From contig JALGXW010000011.1 of assembly GCA_029821875.1 (NCBI GenBank), positions 15,060-79,059 of the forward strand: a stretch of DNA of 64,000 nt. The letters run 5' to 3'. The notes beneath the pieces are model-generated. The model worked only from the letters and a program-made list of their open reading frames with translations. It searched no databases and was not told the origin of the DNA. The translations under genes were made by a program, and so were the position numbers. Below are positions 32,330-42,410 of this stretch, piece after piece (position 1 is the stretch's first letter; the number at the start of each line of letters is the position of its first letter). Source of the stretch: Candidatus Hebobacterum abditum (GTDB lineage: Bacteria > Armatimonadota > Hebobacteria > Hebobacterales > Hebobacteraceae).

Positions 32330-34252
32330 GTGACAACGGGCCGCCATATCATCTTCGGCACCGCAGGACATGTCGACCACGGGAAGTCGGCGCTCGTGCT
32401 CGCGCTGACCGGCACTGATCCCGACAGGCTGGCCGAAGAGAAAGCTCGGGAGATGACCATCGACCTGGGCTTCGCTTTCCTCGCCCTCCCGGGCGTCGCC
32501 GATACTGTCGCCATCGTCGATGTCCCGGGCCACGAGATGTTCATTCGGAACATGGTCGCTGGCGCGAGCGGTGTGGACGCCGCCCTCTTCGTGGTGGCCG
32601 CCGACGAGGGCGTGATGCCCCAGACCGTCGAGCATCTCGAGGTGCTCCGGCAGCTGGGGATCGCCGACGGCGTCGTGGCGCTCACCAAGATCGACAGAGT
32701 TGCCGACCCTCGCCTCGACGCGGTGCAGGAAGAAACGGCCAAACTTATCGCCGGCTCCTTCTTGGAGCAGGCAGCCATCGTCCCCGCGTCGGCCACAACG
32801 GGAGAAGGTGTAGAGGAAGTGCGCCGCGCGATGGCAGACGTCGCCGCCAGGACAGAACCTCGCGCCTCGGCCGGCCCCTTTCGCCTGCCGATCGATCGAG
32901 TGTTCGTTCTCAAGGGAGTTGGCACAGTGGTCACTGGCTCAGTCGTATCCGGCTCGGCGACCGTCGGCGACGAAATGGAATGCCTGCCAGGCGGGAGGCG
33001 CGTTCGGATTCGGAACATTCACGTCCACGAGCAGCCAGTCAGGCACGCACTCGCAGGCCAGCGAGCAGCGCTGAACCTCCCTGACGTTGCGAAGGATGAG
33101 CTCCACCGCGGAGACGTCCTCGCGACACCTGGGCCCTTCGCGCCGAGCACCATGATGGATGTCCGTGTGACTCTGGCCCGCACGCTGCGATCCCCATTGG
33201 AGCAGAGGGACCGAGTGCGTCTCCATCACGGAACGGCTGAAGTGATGGGTCGTGTCGTTCTTCTCGAAGGGGACGAGATGCGAGCAGGCGGCTCCGGCCT
33301 CGCACAGCTGCGTCTCGAGTCGCCGCTCGTGGCCGCGCCGGGAGACCGGTTCGTCATGCGCTCTTACTCGCCGATGACCGTCACAGGCGGTGGGACGATC
33401 ATTGACCCACACCCGCCGAAGCGCCGGAAGGCCAGGGGCGCCGCCGCCGTTGCCGAGCGCGAGGAACTCCCGCCCGCCGAGCGGGCGATGGACGCGCTTT
33501 CCTCCGCCGGCCCGCATGGCTTGCCGGTCGCCGAGCTAGCGCTCCGGTGTAGCCTGCCCGCGGACGAGCTCCACTCGATCCTCGACGACCTCTGCAAGCA
33601 GGACCGTGCTCGCCCCGGCCGACAAGCGGCGTGGTTCTCCGAGACGGCTGTCCGCGAGATGGAGTCCCAGATCGTGCAGTGTCTGGAGGCTCTGCATGCC
33701 GACACACCGGTCCACGCGTCTCTGCCGCTGAACGCTGTCATCGAGGTCGTCGCTCCCTCGGCGGCAAAGCGGGAGTGCTTCCGGCTCGCGCTCGACGCGC
33801 TCACTGAGGGCGGCGTTGTCGTTCGGTCAGGTGACCGAGTCCGGCTTGCCTCACACGCGGCGAGCTGGACTGGCGAGGCCGCCGCTGCGCGCGACGAGAT
33901 CCTCCGCAGGCTGCTCGACAACGGCCTTGCCGTGCCGTCGCCGGAGGAACTCGCGCCACATCTGTCGGTGAACCCGAAGGAGTGTCTCAGACTGCTCGAC
34001 GCGCTGGCCGCATCCGGCGATGTGGTGAGGGTCGCGCCAGATATGTTCGTGCACGCGCAGGTGGTGGCTCACGCCACCTCTGCCGTTCAAGATTACCTTC
34101 AGCGGCAGAGGACCATGACCATCGGGGAGTGTCGTGAGCTGCTGGGCGCCTCCCGCAAGTACTTGCTCCCCTTCCTCGAGCATCTGGACAGCGCCGGAAT
34201 CACCACGCGACGGGGAAACCATCGGATACTCGCACGTCGGCCGAATGGATAA
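32330..34252 (+). CDS. selB: selenocysteine-specific translation elongation factor
   Basis: IIFGTAGHVDHGKSALVLALTG (G1), DVPGHEMF (G3), TKID (G4), followed by a long C-terminal winged-helix-type extension. 640 aa. Confidence 0.9.
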   Translation: MTTGRHIIFGTAGHVDHGKSALVLALTGTDPDRLAEEKAREMTIDLGFAFLALPGVADTVAIVDVPGHEMFIRNMVAGASGVDAALFVVAADEGVMPQTVEHLEVLRQLGIADGVVALTKIDRVADPRLDAVQEETAKLIAGSFLEQAAIVPASATTGEGVEEVRRAMADVAARTEPRASAGPFRLPIDRVFVLKGVGTVVTGSVVSGSATVGDEMECLPGGRRVRIRNIHVHEQPVRHALAGQRAALNLPDVAKDELHRGDVLATPGPFAPSTMMDVRVTLARTLRSPLEQRDRVRLHHGTAEVMGRVVLLEGDEMRAGGSGLAQLRLESPLVAAPGDRFVMRSYSPMTVTGGGTIIDPHPPKRRKARGAAAVAEREELPPAERAMDALSSAGPHGLPVAELALRCSLPADELHSILDDLCKQDRARPGRQAAWFSETAVREMESQIVQCLEALHADTPVHASLPLNAVIEVVAPSAAKRECFRLALDALTEGGVVVRSGDRVRLASHAASWTGEAAAARDEILRRLLDNGLAVPSPEELAPHLSVNPKECLRLLDALAASGDVVRVAPDMFVHAQVVAHATSAVQDYLQRQRTMTIGECRELLGASRKYLLPFLEHLDSAGITTRRGNHRILARRPNG

Positions 34253-34316
34253 CGTGGCAACGCCCGCGAGAGGCGTGGTCAGTCGCGGTCTGGCAGGCAT
34301 TCAGGAGGGAACCAGC

Positions 34317-36644
34317 GTGAGGCATCGCTTCTCATCGCGCATCACCATAGCGGCAGTGATGGTCGTGTCGCTTGTCCTCGCCTCTGTCGCACATACCGAC
34401 AGCGACGACGTCCCCCGCGTCGCCATCGTCTTCGGCCACCACTCGTACATGGACTCGCCACGCGGTGAGGGAGCGAGCGCGGTGACGTACATGAACACGG
34501 TGCGACAGGCTCTCGACGCCGTGGGGGTGCGCTATGCGGTGGTCAACGATCTAACGGTCGAAACGGGTGGGCTGGGCTGCTACGACATCGCCATCTTCCC
34601 CTACAACTTCGTCGTCCCCGAGGAAGAGGAAAAAGCGATAGAGAGGTACGTGACTGCGGGCGGCAAGATCGTCGTCTTCTACTCCATTTCCGAACGGGTG
34701 GCCGCGCTGCTCGGCTTTCGGGTTGGGGGGCGGAAGGAAGGTGACTTCTACGCCCTCCTCCTTCGCGCCGAGCGTCTGCGCGGACTCCCGGAACAGATCG
34801 TCCAGGGATCCTGGAACATCCGCCCGATCGAGTCTCCCGCGCCCGACGCCGAGATCATCGGCCAGTGGGCCGGGGCGGAGGGGAAGCCACTCGATGAGCC
34901 CGGACTGCTCATCTCGCCGCGGGGCGCCTATCTCGGGCACGTGCTGACCGAAGGAGACTCCTTCCGCAAGGGCCGCATGCTGCTCGCGGTGCTCGGCGAG
35001 CTGTCCCCACAGGTCTGGTCGGAGGCGGTGGCAAGGGCCCTCAGCAACGCGGCCGGGGCCGTCGAGGGAATGGCGGGCAAGGTAATGGCGCGGCCCACCA
35101 GTGACTCCCAGTGGCGGGCGCGGTCGACCCTGGCCGAGGTGCGGGCCGAACTCGCACAAGCCAGGGGCCTGGCGGCCCAGGGGAAAGCGGAGGAGGCAAT
35201 CGCGGCCGCCCTGGAGGCGCGGGAGAGGGCCGCCCTGGCCTACATCGAGTCCGCCCCCGAACGCGAGCACGAATTGCGCGGCGTCTGGGTGCACGACGGG
35301 TACGGAGTTCCTGGGTGGGGCTGGGAGCGCTCCATCCGCGTACTGCACGAGGGCGGCTTCAACGCGGTGTTCGCCAATCTGCTGTGGGCGGGCGTCGCCC
35401 ACTATCCCAGCGACCACCTGCCGGTCGACGAGCGTGTGGCAACGCAGGGCGACCAGATCGCGGAATGCCTGCGGTGGTGCAAGGAGTACGGCGTCGAACT
35501 CCACGTGTGGAAGGTCAACTACAACCTGCAGAATGCGCCGCCGCGGTTCGTGGACGCTCTCCGTGACGAGGACCGCCTTCAACGACATGCCGACGGGTCC
35601 GAGGTGCTCTGGCTCTGTCCCTCTGACCCGCGCAACTTCGAGCTCGAGCGCGGCTCGATGCTCGAGGTCGTGCGCAAGTACGACGTGGCCGGCATCCACT
35701 TCGACTACATCCGCTATCCCCACGGAGAGGCGTGGTACTGCGATGGCTGTCGGGAGCGCTTCTCCCGCGACACCGGCGCGGCCCCGGAGAACTGGCCCGG
35801 CGACGTGCTCGCGGGCCCGCTGCTGGACCAGTACACCCAGTGGCGGCGCGACCAGATCACGCGCCTGGTCCGCGCTGTCGCCGAGGGAGCACGCCGCATC
35901 CGCCCGGGGATCATGGTCTCGGCCGCCGTCTTCAGCTGGCCGGGCGCGATCAACTGGGTGAACCAGGACTGGCCGCACTGGATCGACGAGGGGCTGCTCG
36001 ACTTCGTGTGCCCCATGAACTACACGAGCGATCGGGAGCACCTGGAGCGCATGGTGGTCGGCGAGGTCAACATCGTCGCCGGCCGGATTCCGCTTTACAT
36101 AGGCGTCGGCGAGTTCATCATAGCCGAAACGCACGATCTGATCGACCAGTTGGAGTCTGCTCGCCGTCTCGGCGCGGATGGGTTCGTGTGCTTCTCCTAC
36201 GAGCACCTCGGCCGCACGGAGGGCCGTCTGGCCCAGCTCCATTCTTCGCTGACCGCGACAGAGACTGTTCCCCCTCATCCGGCCCCGCGGGTGGAGTTCA
36301 GGTTCGGAGAGGGAGCCGAAGGAAGGCTGGGGCCGGCCTACCCCGAGGGCGCGTCTGTGGGCCTGGAAGTCGTCTTGTCCTCCGCATCCAACTACGCGCA
36401 GCAAGTGACTGCCGCTCTCGGTGCCGTTTGGCTGGAGACGGCGGACGGCGAGTCCATGCGTCGTCTGGGGGCCGTCCGCTCGGACAAGCCAGTTGCCATT
36501 GCTGCGACACTCGGCGTTCCGCCCGGCGTCTACCGTTTGGCTGTGCGCGGGACGGCCCTGCTCAGCTCGGGCGAGGGCCGCGACTTCGTCATCCGGAGCC
36601 GGCCATTCGAGGTCGTGCCTGGGGCCATGGGCCCCTCCTCATAG
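34317..36644 (+). CDS. glycoside-hydrolase-like family 10 (GHL10/YddW-type) protein with N-terminal accessory domain
   Basis: GTG 34317 with GGAGGGA 8 nt upstream, then signal-like RHRFSSRITIAAVMVVSLVLASVAHT. Core region RGVWVHDGYG...GFNAVFANLLWAGVAHYPS...GIHFDYIRYP. Confidence 0.75.
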   Translation: MRHRFSSRITIAAVMVVSLVLASVAHTDSDDVPRVAIVFGHHSYMDSPRGEGASAVTYMNTVRQALDAVGVRYAVVNDLTVETGGLGCYDIAIFPYNFVVPEEEEKAIERYVTAGGKIVVFYSISERVAALLGFRVGGRKEGDFYALLLRAERLRGLPEQIVQGSWNIRPIESPAPDAEIIGQWAGAEGKPLDEPGLLISPRGAYLGHVLTEGDSFRKGRMLLAVLGELSPQVWSEAVARALSNAAGAVEGMAGKVMARPTSDSQWRARSTLAEVRAELAQARGLAAQGKAEEAIAAALEARERAALAYIESAPEREHELRGVWVHDGYGVPGWGWERSIRVLHEGGFNAVFANLLWAGVAHYPSDHLPVDERVATQGDQIAECLRWCKEYGVELHVWKVNYNLQNAPPRFVDALRDEDRLQRHADGSEVLWLCPSDPRNFELERGSMLEVVRKYDVAGIHFDYIRYPHGEAWYCDGCRERFSRDTGAAPENWPGDVLAGPLLDQYTQWRRDQITRLVRAVAEGARRIRPGIMVSAAVFSWPGAINWVNQDWPHWIDEGLLDFVCPMNYTSDREHLERMVVGEVNIVAGRIPLYIGVGEFIIAETHDLIDQLESARRLGADGFVCFSYEHLGRTEGRLAQLHSSLTATETVPPHPAPRVEFRFGEGAEGRLGPAYPEGASVGLEVVLSSASNYAQQVTAALGAVWLETADGESMRRLGAVRSDKPVAIAATLGVPPGVYRLAVRGTALLSSGEGRDFVIRSRPFEVVPGAMGPSS

Positions 36645-36664
36645 GCCGCTCACGCACCTTTGCC

Positions 36665-37888
36665 CTACGGCCGAGGGAGCGTTACCGAGAAGACAGTGCC
36701 GTCGGGCTCCATGCTCGTGAAGTCGACCTCTCCGCCAAGATAGCGCTCGGTGAATAGCTTCACGCTGTGTGTGCCAATGCCGCGCCCCTCTCCGCCCTTG
36801 GTGGTGAATGAGCGCTGGAAGATCTGGCGCTGGACGGACTCCGGCATCACCGCAGGGTTCGCCACGCGGAAGATGATCTCGCCGGGATGCTCCTCCGCCC
36901 AGACGCGGGCGGCCTCTCCCTCCGGCGTCGCTTCGAGTGCGTTCTTCACGAGGTTCCCGATGACGCGCTGCAGAACAGTTGCGTCGGTCTCGATGCTCAC
37001 TGTCGGCGCGGGGCCAAGCTGCAGCTCGCGCCCCCGCGCCACGTTATGGCGGCGATAGGCGGCAATGACCTTGTCCAAGACCTCAGAGACCGACACGTCT
37101 GCGACCTTCAGCTTCAGTTCTCCTCTCTCGGCCGCCAGCAGCTGACGCTGTGCGGCGATCTCGTCTGAGATCTGCTGGGAGAGGTGAAGGAGGTCTTGCT
37201 TGGCTTCGGCCTCCTGCTCGGCGTCCTGCTCCGTGTCGTTCAGCAGCCACGCGAGCGAGTAGATCCCCGTCGCGGTGTTGAGGACGTCGTGGAAAAACAC
37301 CCTCTCCAGCACTTGCCTGCGCTTCTCCCCACTTATGTCCCGGAGGGCCACGACGACGAAGTCGCGATCCCGGATGGTGACGATACTAGCGCGGACCACC
37401 ACGTCAAGCGCCCCGCCGTCGGCCTCCGCGGTCGTCTGGAGGCGGCACTCGCGCGTTACGGGTCGGCCTGACTCCAGGCACGCGACAACCGCGTTGACGG
37501 CACCGCACTCGACACAGCGCTGGCCAGTGCCGCAGCCGCCGGGACCGTCGCCGCGGTAGAGGCAGTAGGCCGCCTCCCCGGGCCGCGCGCCGAGCAGCTC
37601 CTCAGCATCAGCCTTCCCGGCAATCCCCAGGAAGGATGAGTTGCAGGCCACGATCTGGCGTTCGCGGTTGAGCACGATCACGGGGTCCGGGACGCCTTCC
37701 AGGACGGTCGGCGCGATGCGATCGGACAGGAACTGGTCGCGGGCCGTGCGGAGATCCTCCTCGGTGGCCCGTTCGGCCGGTGCAAAGTAGGTGGTGGCGG
37801 CCGAATCGCCAGCGTTCGGTGGCACTGATAGTCTCCTCCAGATGCGCGCAGAGCGGGCCCTCCGGCCGAGGTCGCGCCACGCTGCCAA
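36665..37888 (-). CDS. PAS-domain sensor histidine kinase with Cys-rich sensory pocket
   Basis: PAS-like PVIVLNRERQIVACN with CLYRGDGPGGCGTGQRCVECGAVNAVVAC. H-box FFHDVLNTATG. HATPase motifs NLVKNALEA and TTKGGEGRGIGTHS. Confidence 0.8.
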   Translation of the reverse strand: MAAWRDLGRRARSARIWRRLSVPPNAGDSAATTYFAPAERATEEDLRTARDQFLSDRIAPTVLEGVPDPVIVLNRERQIVACNSSFLGIAGKADAEELLGARPGEAAYCLYRGDGPGGCGTGQRCVECGAVNAVVACLESGRPVTRECRLQTTAEADGGALDVVVRASIVTIRDRDFVVVALRDISGEKRRQVLERVFFHDVLNTATGIYSLAWLLNDTEQDAEQEAEAKQDLLHLSQQISDEIAAQRQLLAAERGELKLKVADVSVSEVLDKVIAAYRRHNVARGRELQLGPAPTVSIETDATVLQRVIGNLVKNALEATPEGEAARVWAEEHPGEIIFRVANPAVMPESVQRQIFQRSFTTKGGEGRGIGTHSVKLFTERYLGGEVDFTSMEPDGTVFSVTLPRP

Positions 37889-38007
37889 AGAGCGCCCTCC
37901 CTCTCTCAGAGGGGCGCCGCGCGAAGGTCCTGGCAGGTATCAGACGCGTCTCATGGCTGTCCACGACCCGCGGGACATCGCACTTGCGCTGGGGCGCCGA
38001 GCGAGTC

Positions 38008-38439
38008 CTAGGAATCAAGGGGCGCGAGGTCGGAATCTCCCCCCGGCGCCGAAAGCGGCCTGACATCCCCGCCGGCGAGGACCTGCTCCAGCAGCTTGCC
38101 GAGATCCTCGGCTGGGGCCGGCTTCGTGACAACCGCGGCCGCACCAGCGCTCAACAGGCGCGCGTGGAGATCTGGATCCTCATCCGCGGTGATCACGACC
38201 ACCGGGATGCCAGCCGACTTCGGATTGCCCTTCATCTCCTCCAGCGCCTCCACGCCGTCCATGAGGGGCATGTTGATGTCCAAGCTGATGAGATCGTACT
38301 CGCCCTGGGCCGCCTTTATCTTTCCCTGGGCCCCATCGCTGCAGTAGTCCATCGTGTGCTCGATGCCCGTCGACTTGAGCACGGTTGTTATCAGCCGGGC
38401 TATGGGCGCCTCGTCATCGATAACCAAGATCTTCCTCAT
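38008..38439 (-). CDS. single-domain response regulator (receiver)
   Basis: MRKILVIDDE...DLISLDINMPLMDG...VVVITA...VTKP. Confidence 0.9.
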   Translation of the reverse strand: MRKILVIDDEAPIARLITTVLKSTGIEHTMDYCSDGAQGKIKAAQGEYDLISLDINMPLMDGVEALEEMKGNPKSAGIPVVVITADEDPDLHARLLSAGAAAVVTKPAPAEDLGKLLEQVLAGGDVRPLSAPGGDSDLAPLDS

Positions 38440-38683
38440 GTCGCGTCCCTCCCTCCCTTTCGTCTCACGGATGGTTCTTCACCAGCGGTCCAAGAGAACC
38501 TGTCTCTGTCACGTGACAGCGACCTCCCCAGGGCCTCCGCGTCCCCGCGCGCATCCGAACCCAAGGCGACTGCTTGGCGCCGGTGCGGGGAACAGTCTCT
38601 CAGACGAGAGTGGCGCCAAGCCAAGCGACAGGCCGCGAGAGCTTCCCGTCCTGTGCTCACCAGTGGCCGGCGGCCAGAAGAGC

Positions 38684-40189
38684 TCAGCCCGCGCGGGGCA
38701 GGTAGATCGTAAACGTCGATCCCCTTCCGACTTCCGAGTCGACTTCGAGCCGGCCGCCGTGGCGGTCCACAATGTCGACCACGGTGGGTAGGCCGAGGCC
38801 CGAGCCTCGCGCCTTGTTCCCTGTCCTGAACGTCTCCAGCACTTGCTCCTTCGACTCGGCATCCATGCCCTCGCCGTTATCTGACACTCGGATGATGGCC
38901 TGTCCGTCGCGGTAGTCTGTGGCAACCATGACGTGCCCGCCGCTGGGAAGGCAGGCGTCCATGGAGTTCACGACCAAGTTCACCACGCAGCGGTAGATCC
39001 CGCGCTTGCTGTGCGGCCAGCGGTTGAGGCCGCGCCGGAGTTCCGTGGCCAGGTCGATGGCTCTTGTCCGCGCTTCAGCCTGCAGGAGGCTGACCGCATC
39101 GGCGACGGTAGCGTTCAGGTTTCCCGGGCAGATCTCATCTGGACGCTCTGGGTCGTAGGTGAGCACATCCTTGCAGAGATCGGCAAGCCGCTTGACGTGT
39201 CGGTCGAGGATCTCCCAGGCCGTCTTGATGTCATCCATGCGGCCGCGATCGATAGCTCGTCGGATGATGAACGAGGTTCCAGTCAGCGCATGGGCGACGT
39301 CCTTGAGAAAGTGAGACAGTCCGGCCAGCGACTCGCTGATCGATGCCATGCGTCCCGCGGCCGTTGCCTCCTGGAGCAGCCGCGCCTTCTCGACAGCCAG
39401 TCCGACTTCGACGGCATAGCGTTCCATGAACCATTGATCATCCTGGGAGAAAGCCCCCTTGGTGCTGTTTGCCGCCGTGATCACGCCGAGCACGCGGCCG
39501 TCCGAGTCGTGCACCGGTACCGCCAGCAGGGAATCAGTCCGGCAATGGCAGGCCTCATCGAAGGCCTGGTTGAACGGCACATCGTCTTGCTGAAGTGGCG
39601 CCTGGTACGGGTCCCTGACATTCACCGTCTGGTCGTTCACGGCTGCGTACCCGACCGCGCTGCTGTCGTCAAACGGAATCTCTACCTGCACGGCCCTGCC
39701 ACGCATCCTGAACTCGCCGTGGAGGCGCGGGGGCCGGCCCCGCAGCAGAAGGACGAGGCTCCGCTGCGCCTGTGTCAGAATGCGCGCCTGCCTTGTGGTC
39801 TCCGCGATGACGGCATCGAGGTTGAACCTGGCCCGAAGCCGGTCGCGGATGCCCATCAGAGACTCCACCTGGGTGATCCGCGCGTGCAGGATATCCGTGT
39901 CCCGAATGCCCTGTGCCAGCTTCACGAAGCGGAACTCCTGTCCCTCCTCGTCTCGGACCTGCAGGAAGAAGCGACAGGCGAGGCAACGCTCCTGTTTGTC
40001 TACGAAGTCCCCTTGGGGCTCTCCGAAGCAGAGGGTGCCGGGCACCGTCCAGCAGATACGACCGGCGTTGACCCCGTCGTTGACGCCGGTCGATGTTACG
40101 TCGAGGGCCGCCGGGCACGGCTCTGAGGAACCCGGGCCGTAATCGCAGGCCATCACCTCCCAGCAGTTAGCCTTCTCTGTGCTCGCCAT
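38684..40189 (-). CDS. two-CW domain / GAF sensor histidine kinase
   Basis: N-terminal NCWEVMACDYGPGSSEPCPA...AGRICWTVPGTLCFG...CLACRFF fits the two-CW Cys/Trp pattern. This is followed by a GAF-like middle region, an H-box SLAGLSHFLKDVAHAL, and a HATPase with DNGEGM and GSGLGL. Confidence 0.85.
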   Translation of the reverse strand: MASTEKANCWEVMACDYGPGSSEPCPAALDVTSTGVNDGVNAGRICWTVPGTLCFGEPQGDFVDKQERCLACRFFLQVRDEEGQEFRFVKLAQGIRDTDILHARITQVESLMGIRDRLRARFNLDAVIAETTRQARILTQAQRSLVLLLRGRPPRLHGEFRMRGRAVQVEIPFDDSSAVGYAAVNDQTVNVRDPYQAPLQQDDVPFNQAFDEACHCRTDSLLAVPVHDSDGRVLGVITAANSTKGAFSQDDQWFMERYAVEVGLAVEKARLLQEATAAGRMASISESLAGLSHFLKDVAHALTGTSFIIRRAIDRGRMDDIKTAWEILDRHVKRLADLCKDVLTYDPERPDEICPGNLNATVADAVSLLQAEARTRAIDLATELRRGLNRWPHSKRGIYRCVVNLVVNSMDACLPSGGHVMVATDYRDGQAIIRVSDNGEGMDAESKEQVLETFRTGNKARGSGLGLPTVVDIVDRHGGRLEVDSEVGRGSTFTIYLPRAG

Positions 40190-40260
40190 GGTACCGCTGC
40201 TTGCAGGTCCACCTCACGCTGGTCTTTCCCCGTTCGCGGCTTCTTCCCAGCCGAAAGACG

Positions 40261-40656
40261 TCAGCTCAGGAAACTGGCGACGACCCTCAGCAATTCCTCC
40301 GGATCAACTGGCTTCTCGAGATACTCCTCCGCTTGGGCTCTCAGGACTCCGTCGATTGGATACTTGCTCTTCGTGATCTGTTTCGCCACCCCGGTCAGCA
40401 ACACTACTGGTACACCTTGGCTCTCGGGCGATGACTTCAGCTTGTCGCAGGCTGCGAAGCCGTCGAGCTCGGGCATCATCACATCCAGCAGCACCAAATC
40501 CGGGTCCTCGGATTCCACCTTCTTCAGCGCCTCAACCCCGTTCTCGGCGGTCACTACCTCATACCCCTCGGGCTCAAGGATCATGGAGATCATCTTGAGG
40601 TCGTCCTGGTCATCATCGACCACAAGCACCTTCTTCTTCGCCTCTCCCATCGCCAA
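40261..40656 (-). CDS. single-domain response regulator (receiver)
   Basis: KKVLVVDDDQDD...DLVLLDVMMPELDG...VVLLTG. Confidence 0.9.
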   Translation of the reverse strand: MAMGEAKKKVLVVDDDQDDLKMISMILEPEGYEVVTAENGVEALKKVESEDPDLVLLDVMMPELDGFAACDKLKSSPESQGVPVVLLTGVAKQITKSKYPIDGVLRAQAEEYLEKPVDPEELLRVVASFLS

Positions 40657-40716
40657 CCTCCACTCGATTCGGTGATCCGCCTCTGAGAGCGAGCGCCGCC
40701 GAGGCGCCTTGCCGAC

Positions 40717-41700
40717 CTAGGCCTCCGGGGTAACGGTTGGCCGCGGCAGTAGCCCTGCGCGCTCCACTATCTCGGGGACCTTGCGCTCCCACTCGATCGC
40801 CTGTATGTGCACCCCGCGGACGCCCGCCGTCTCCCGCGCTTGCTCGATCAACTCCACAGCGATCTTGGTGCCCTCCTCCTCCTGGTTCCGCCGCGCCTGG
40901 GCCTTGTCGTCTCCGGCCGACTTCCGCGCGGCGGACATCCTTGCCATCAACTCCTGCGGCACGCTCACGCCGGCCACGGCGGCATCCATGTATCGCAACA
41001 TCCCCAGATTCCTCGGCACAATGATGCCGGCGAGAATGGCCGTCTTCTCATGGAGTCCCATGTCCCGCGCCAGCTTCATCTGCTGCCGGAACAGCTCCAT
41101 GTCATAGATGCCCTGGGTCTGGATGAAGTCCGCGCCCGCCGCCACCTTCTTGGCGAGCCGCCACGGCCGGAAGTCTACTGGGTCGCCCATCGGCGTCCAT
41201 ACCGCGCCGATCCAGAGCGGCGGTGTCTGCTCGATCTCATCGCCGCCCTGCTGCCGGCCCTCGTCCCGCAGTCCCTTCAGGATGGCGACCAGCTGGATCG
41301 AGTCCACGTCATAGACGTTCTTGGCGCCCGGGTGCCCCTTCAGCTTGCCAGCGGCGCCGAACGATTGGTGGTCTCCGGCGATGCAGAGGCAGTTGCGGAC
41401 TCCCAACGCTGCGGCACCCAAGATGTCAGCCTGTATGGCGATCCGGTTCCGGTCCCGGCAGGTCATCTGGGCAATCGGCTCCAGTCCTTCGCGCATCACC
41501 AGCACCGCGGACGCGATGCTGGACATCCTGACCACGGCCGTCTGGCAATCAGTGATGTTGAAGGCATCGGCATAGCCCCGGAGCAGCCGCGCCTTCTCCG
41601 TCACAACTTCGCCGTTGCAGTCCATGGGCGGACCGATCTCCGCGGTCACGGCGAAGTGGCCGGCCGCCAGCACTCGCTCGAGGTTGCTGCCGCTCTTCAT
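40717..41700 (-). CDS. metF: methylenetetrahydrofolate reductase
   Basis: GHFAVTAEIGPP, ADAFNITDCQTAVVRMSS and CLCIAGDH fit the acetogen/anaerobe-type MetF pattern. 4-nt overlap with the upstream metV-like gene. Confidence 0.85.
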   Translation of the reverse strand: MKSGSNLERVLAAGHFAVTAEIGPPMDCNGEVVTEKARLLRGYADAFNITDCQTAVVRMSSIASAVLVMREGLEPIAQMTCRDRNRIAIQADILGAAALGVRNCLCIAGDHQSFGAAGKLKGHPGAKNVYDVDSIQLVAILKGLRDEGRQQGGDEIEQTPPLWIGAVWTPMGDPVDFRPWRLAKKVAAGADFIQTQGIYDMELFRQQMKLARDMGLHEKTAILAGIIVPRNLGMLRYMDAAVAGVSVPQELMARMSAARKSAGDDKAQARRNQEEEGTKIAVELIEQARETAGVRGVHIQAIEWERKVPEIVERAGLLPRPTVTPEA

Positions 41701-42410
41701 GCCGTGGTCGCCTTCTCCTCTTCCGCCTCCGCCGCCAACTGACGCAGGTCCTCGCGCACCACCCGACGCGGCCCGCCGTGAGGCGAGCTGGACCAGTCCC
41801 TCGGGTCAACGATCTCCACCAATCTGTCGAGCGTGCCCAACCTCTCCATGCGGCGGATAATCAGTTCCCATCCGCAGTCCACGTCCGGACTGATCTCACA
41901 CTTGCCGTCGTTGCTGCCTCCGCATGGGCCATTCAGTATGGACTTCGAGCAGCGGGCAACCGGACAGATCCCGCCGGTCAGATGCAGTACGCAGTTCCCG
42001 CAGCCGGCGCACATCTCCACCCACACACCGGGCTCCGCGGTAGCGCCCAGGAACTTCGTGTTCAGTCCAGGGAATACGGGCACGTCGCCCGACCTCTCCG
42101 CGAGGAAGTTCACCCCGACGCCGCAGGCAAGCGAGAGCACAGCGTCTATGTTCTCATCCCTCACGCGTCCCGGCACGGCTTCGACGAACTCCGGCTCGCA
42201 CTGCCGCATCACGCAGTCCTCCAACACATCCTGCTGTCGGCCCGCTTTCCGCGCGGCGATCCGCAGCGCCGATCCTACGATCTTGGTCTCGGTCTCGCCG
42301 CCGGCCAGACACACGGTGGCACAGCCGCCACATCCGATGACGAGCACCCGTCTGAAGCCCTCTATGAACTCGACGATCTCGCCAAGCGGCTTCCTCTCTG
42401 CTACGATCAT
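41697..42410 (-). CDS. metV: methylene-THF reductase C-terminal domain protein (MetV-like, Zn/FeS)
   Basis: VLVIGCGGCATVCLAGGE and CPVARCSKSILNGPCGGSNDGKCEI are characteristic of MetV. It overlaps both neighbours by 4 nt. Confidence 0.75.
   Translation of the reverse strand: MIVAERKPLGEIVEFIEGFRRVLVIGCGGCATVCLAGGETETKIVGSALRIAARKAGRQQDVLEDCVMRQCEPEFVEAVPGRVRDENIDAVLSLACGVGVNFLAERSGDVPVFPGLNTKFLGATAEPGVWVEMCAGCGNCVLHLTGGICPVARCSKSILNGPCGGSNDGKCEISPDVDCGWELIIRRMERLGTLDRLVEIVDPRDWSSSPHGGPRRVVREDLRQLAAEAEEEKATTA

Noticed and set aside
30881-33018. 584-aa and 380-aa minus-strand ORFs
   Set aside because: They are antisense to selA and selB, whose catalytic motifs are unambiguous. These are shadow ORFs.
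34551-36404. 617-aa minus-strand ORF, plus 286-aa and 341-aa plus-strand alternative frames
   Set aside because: They overlap the GHL10-like gene. The translations are Arg/Pro/Gly-rich, and codon third-position G+C favours the annotated frame.
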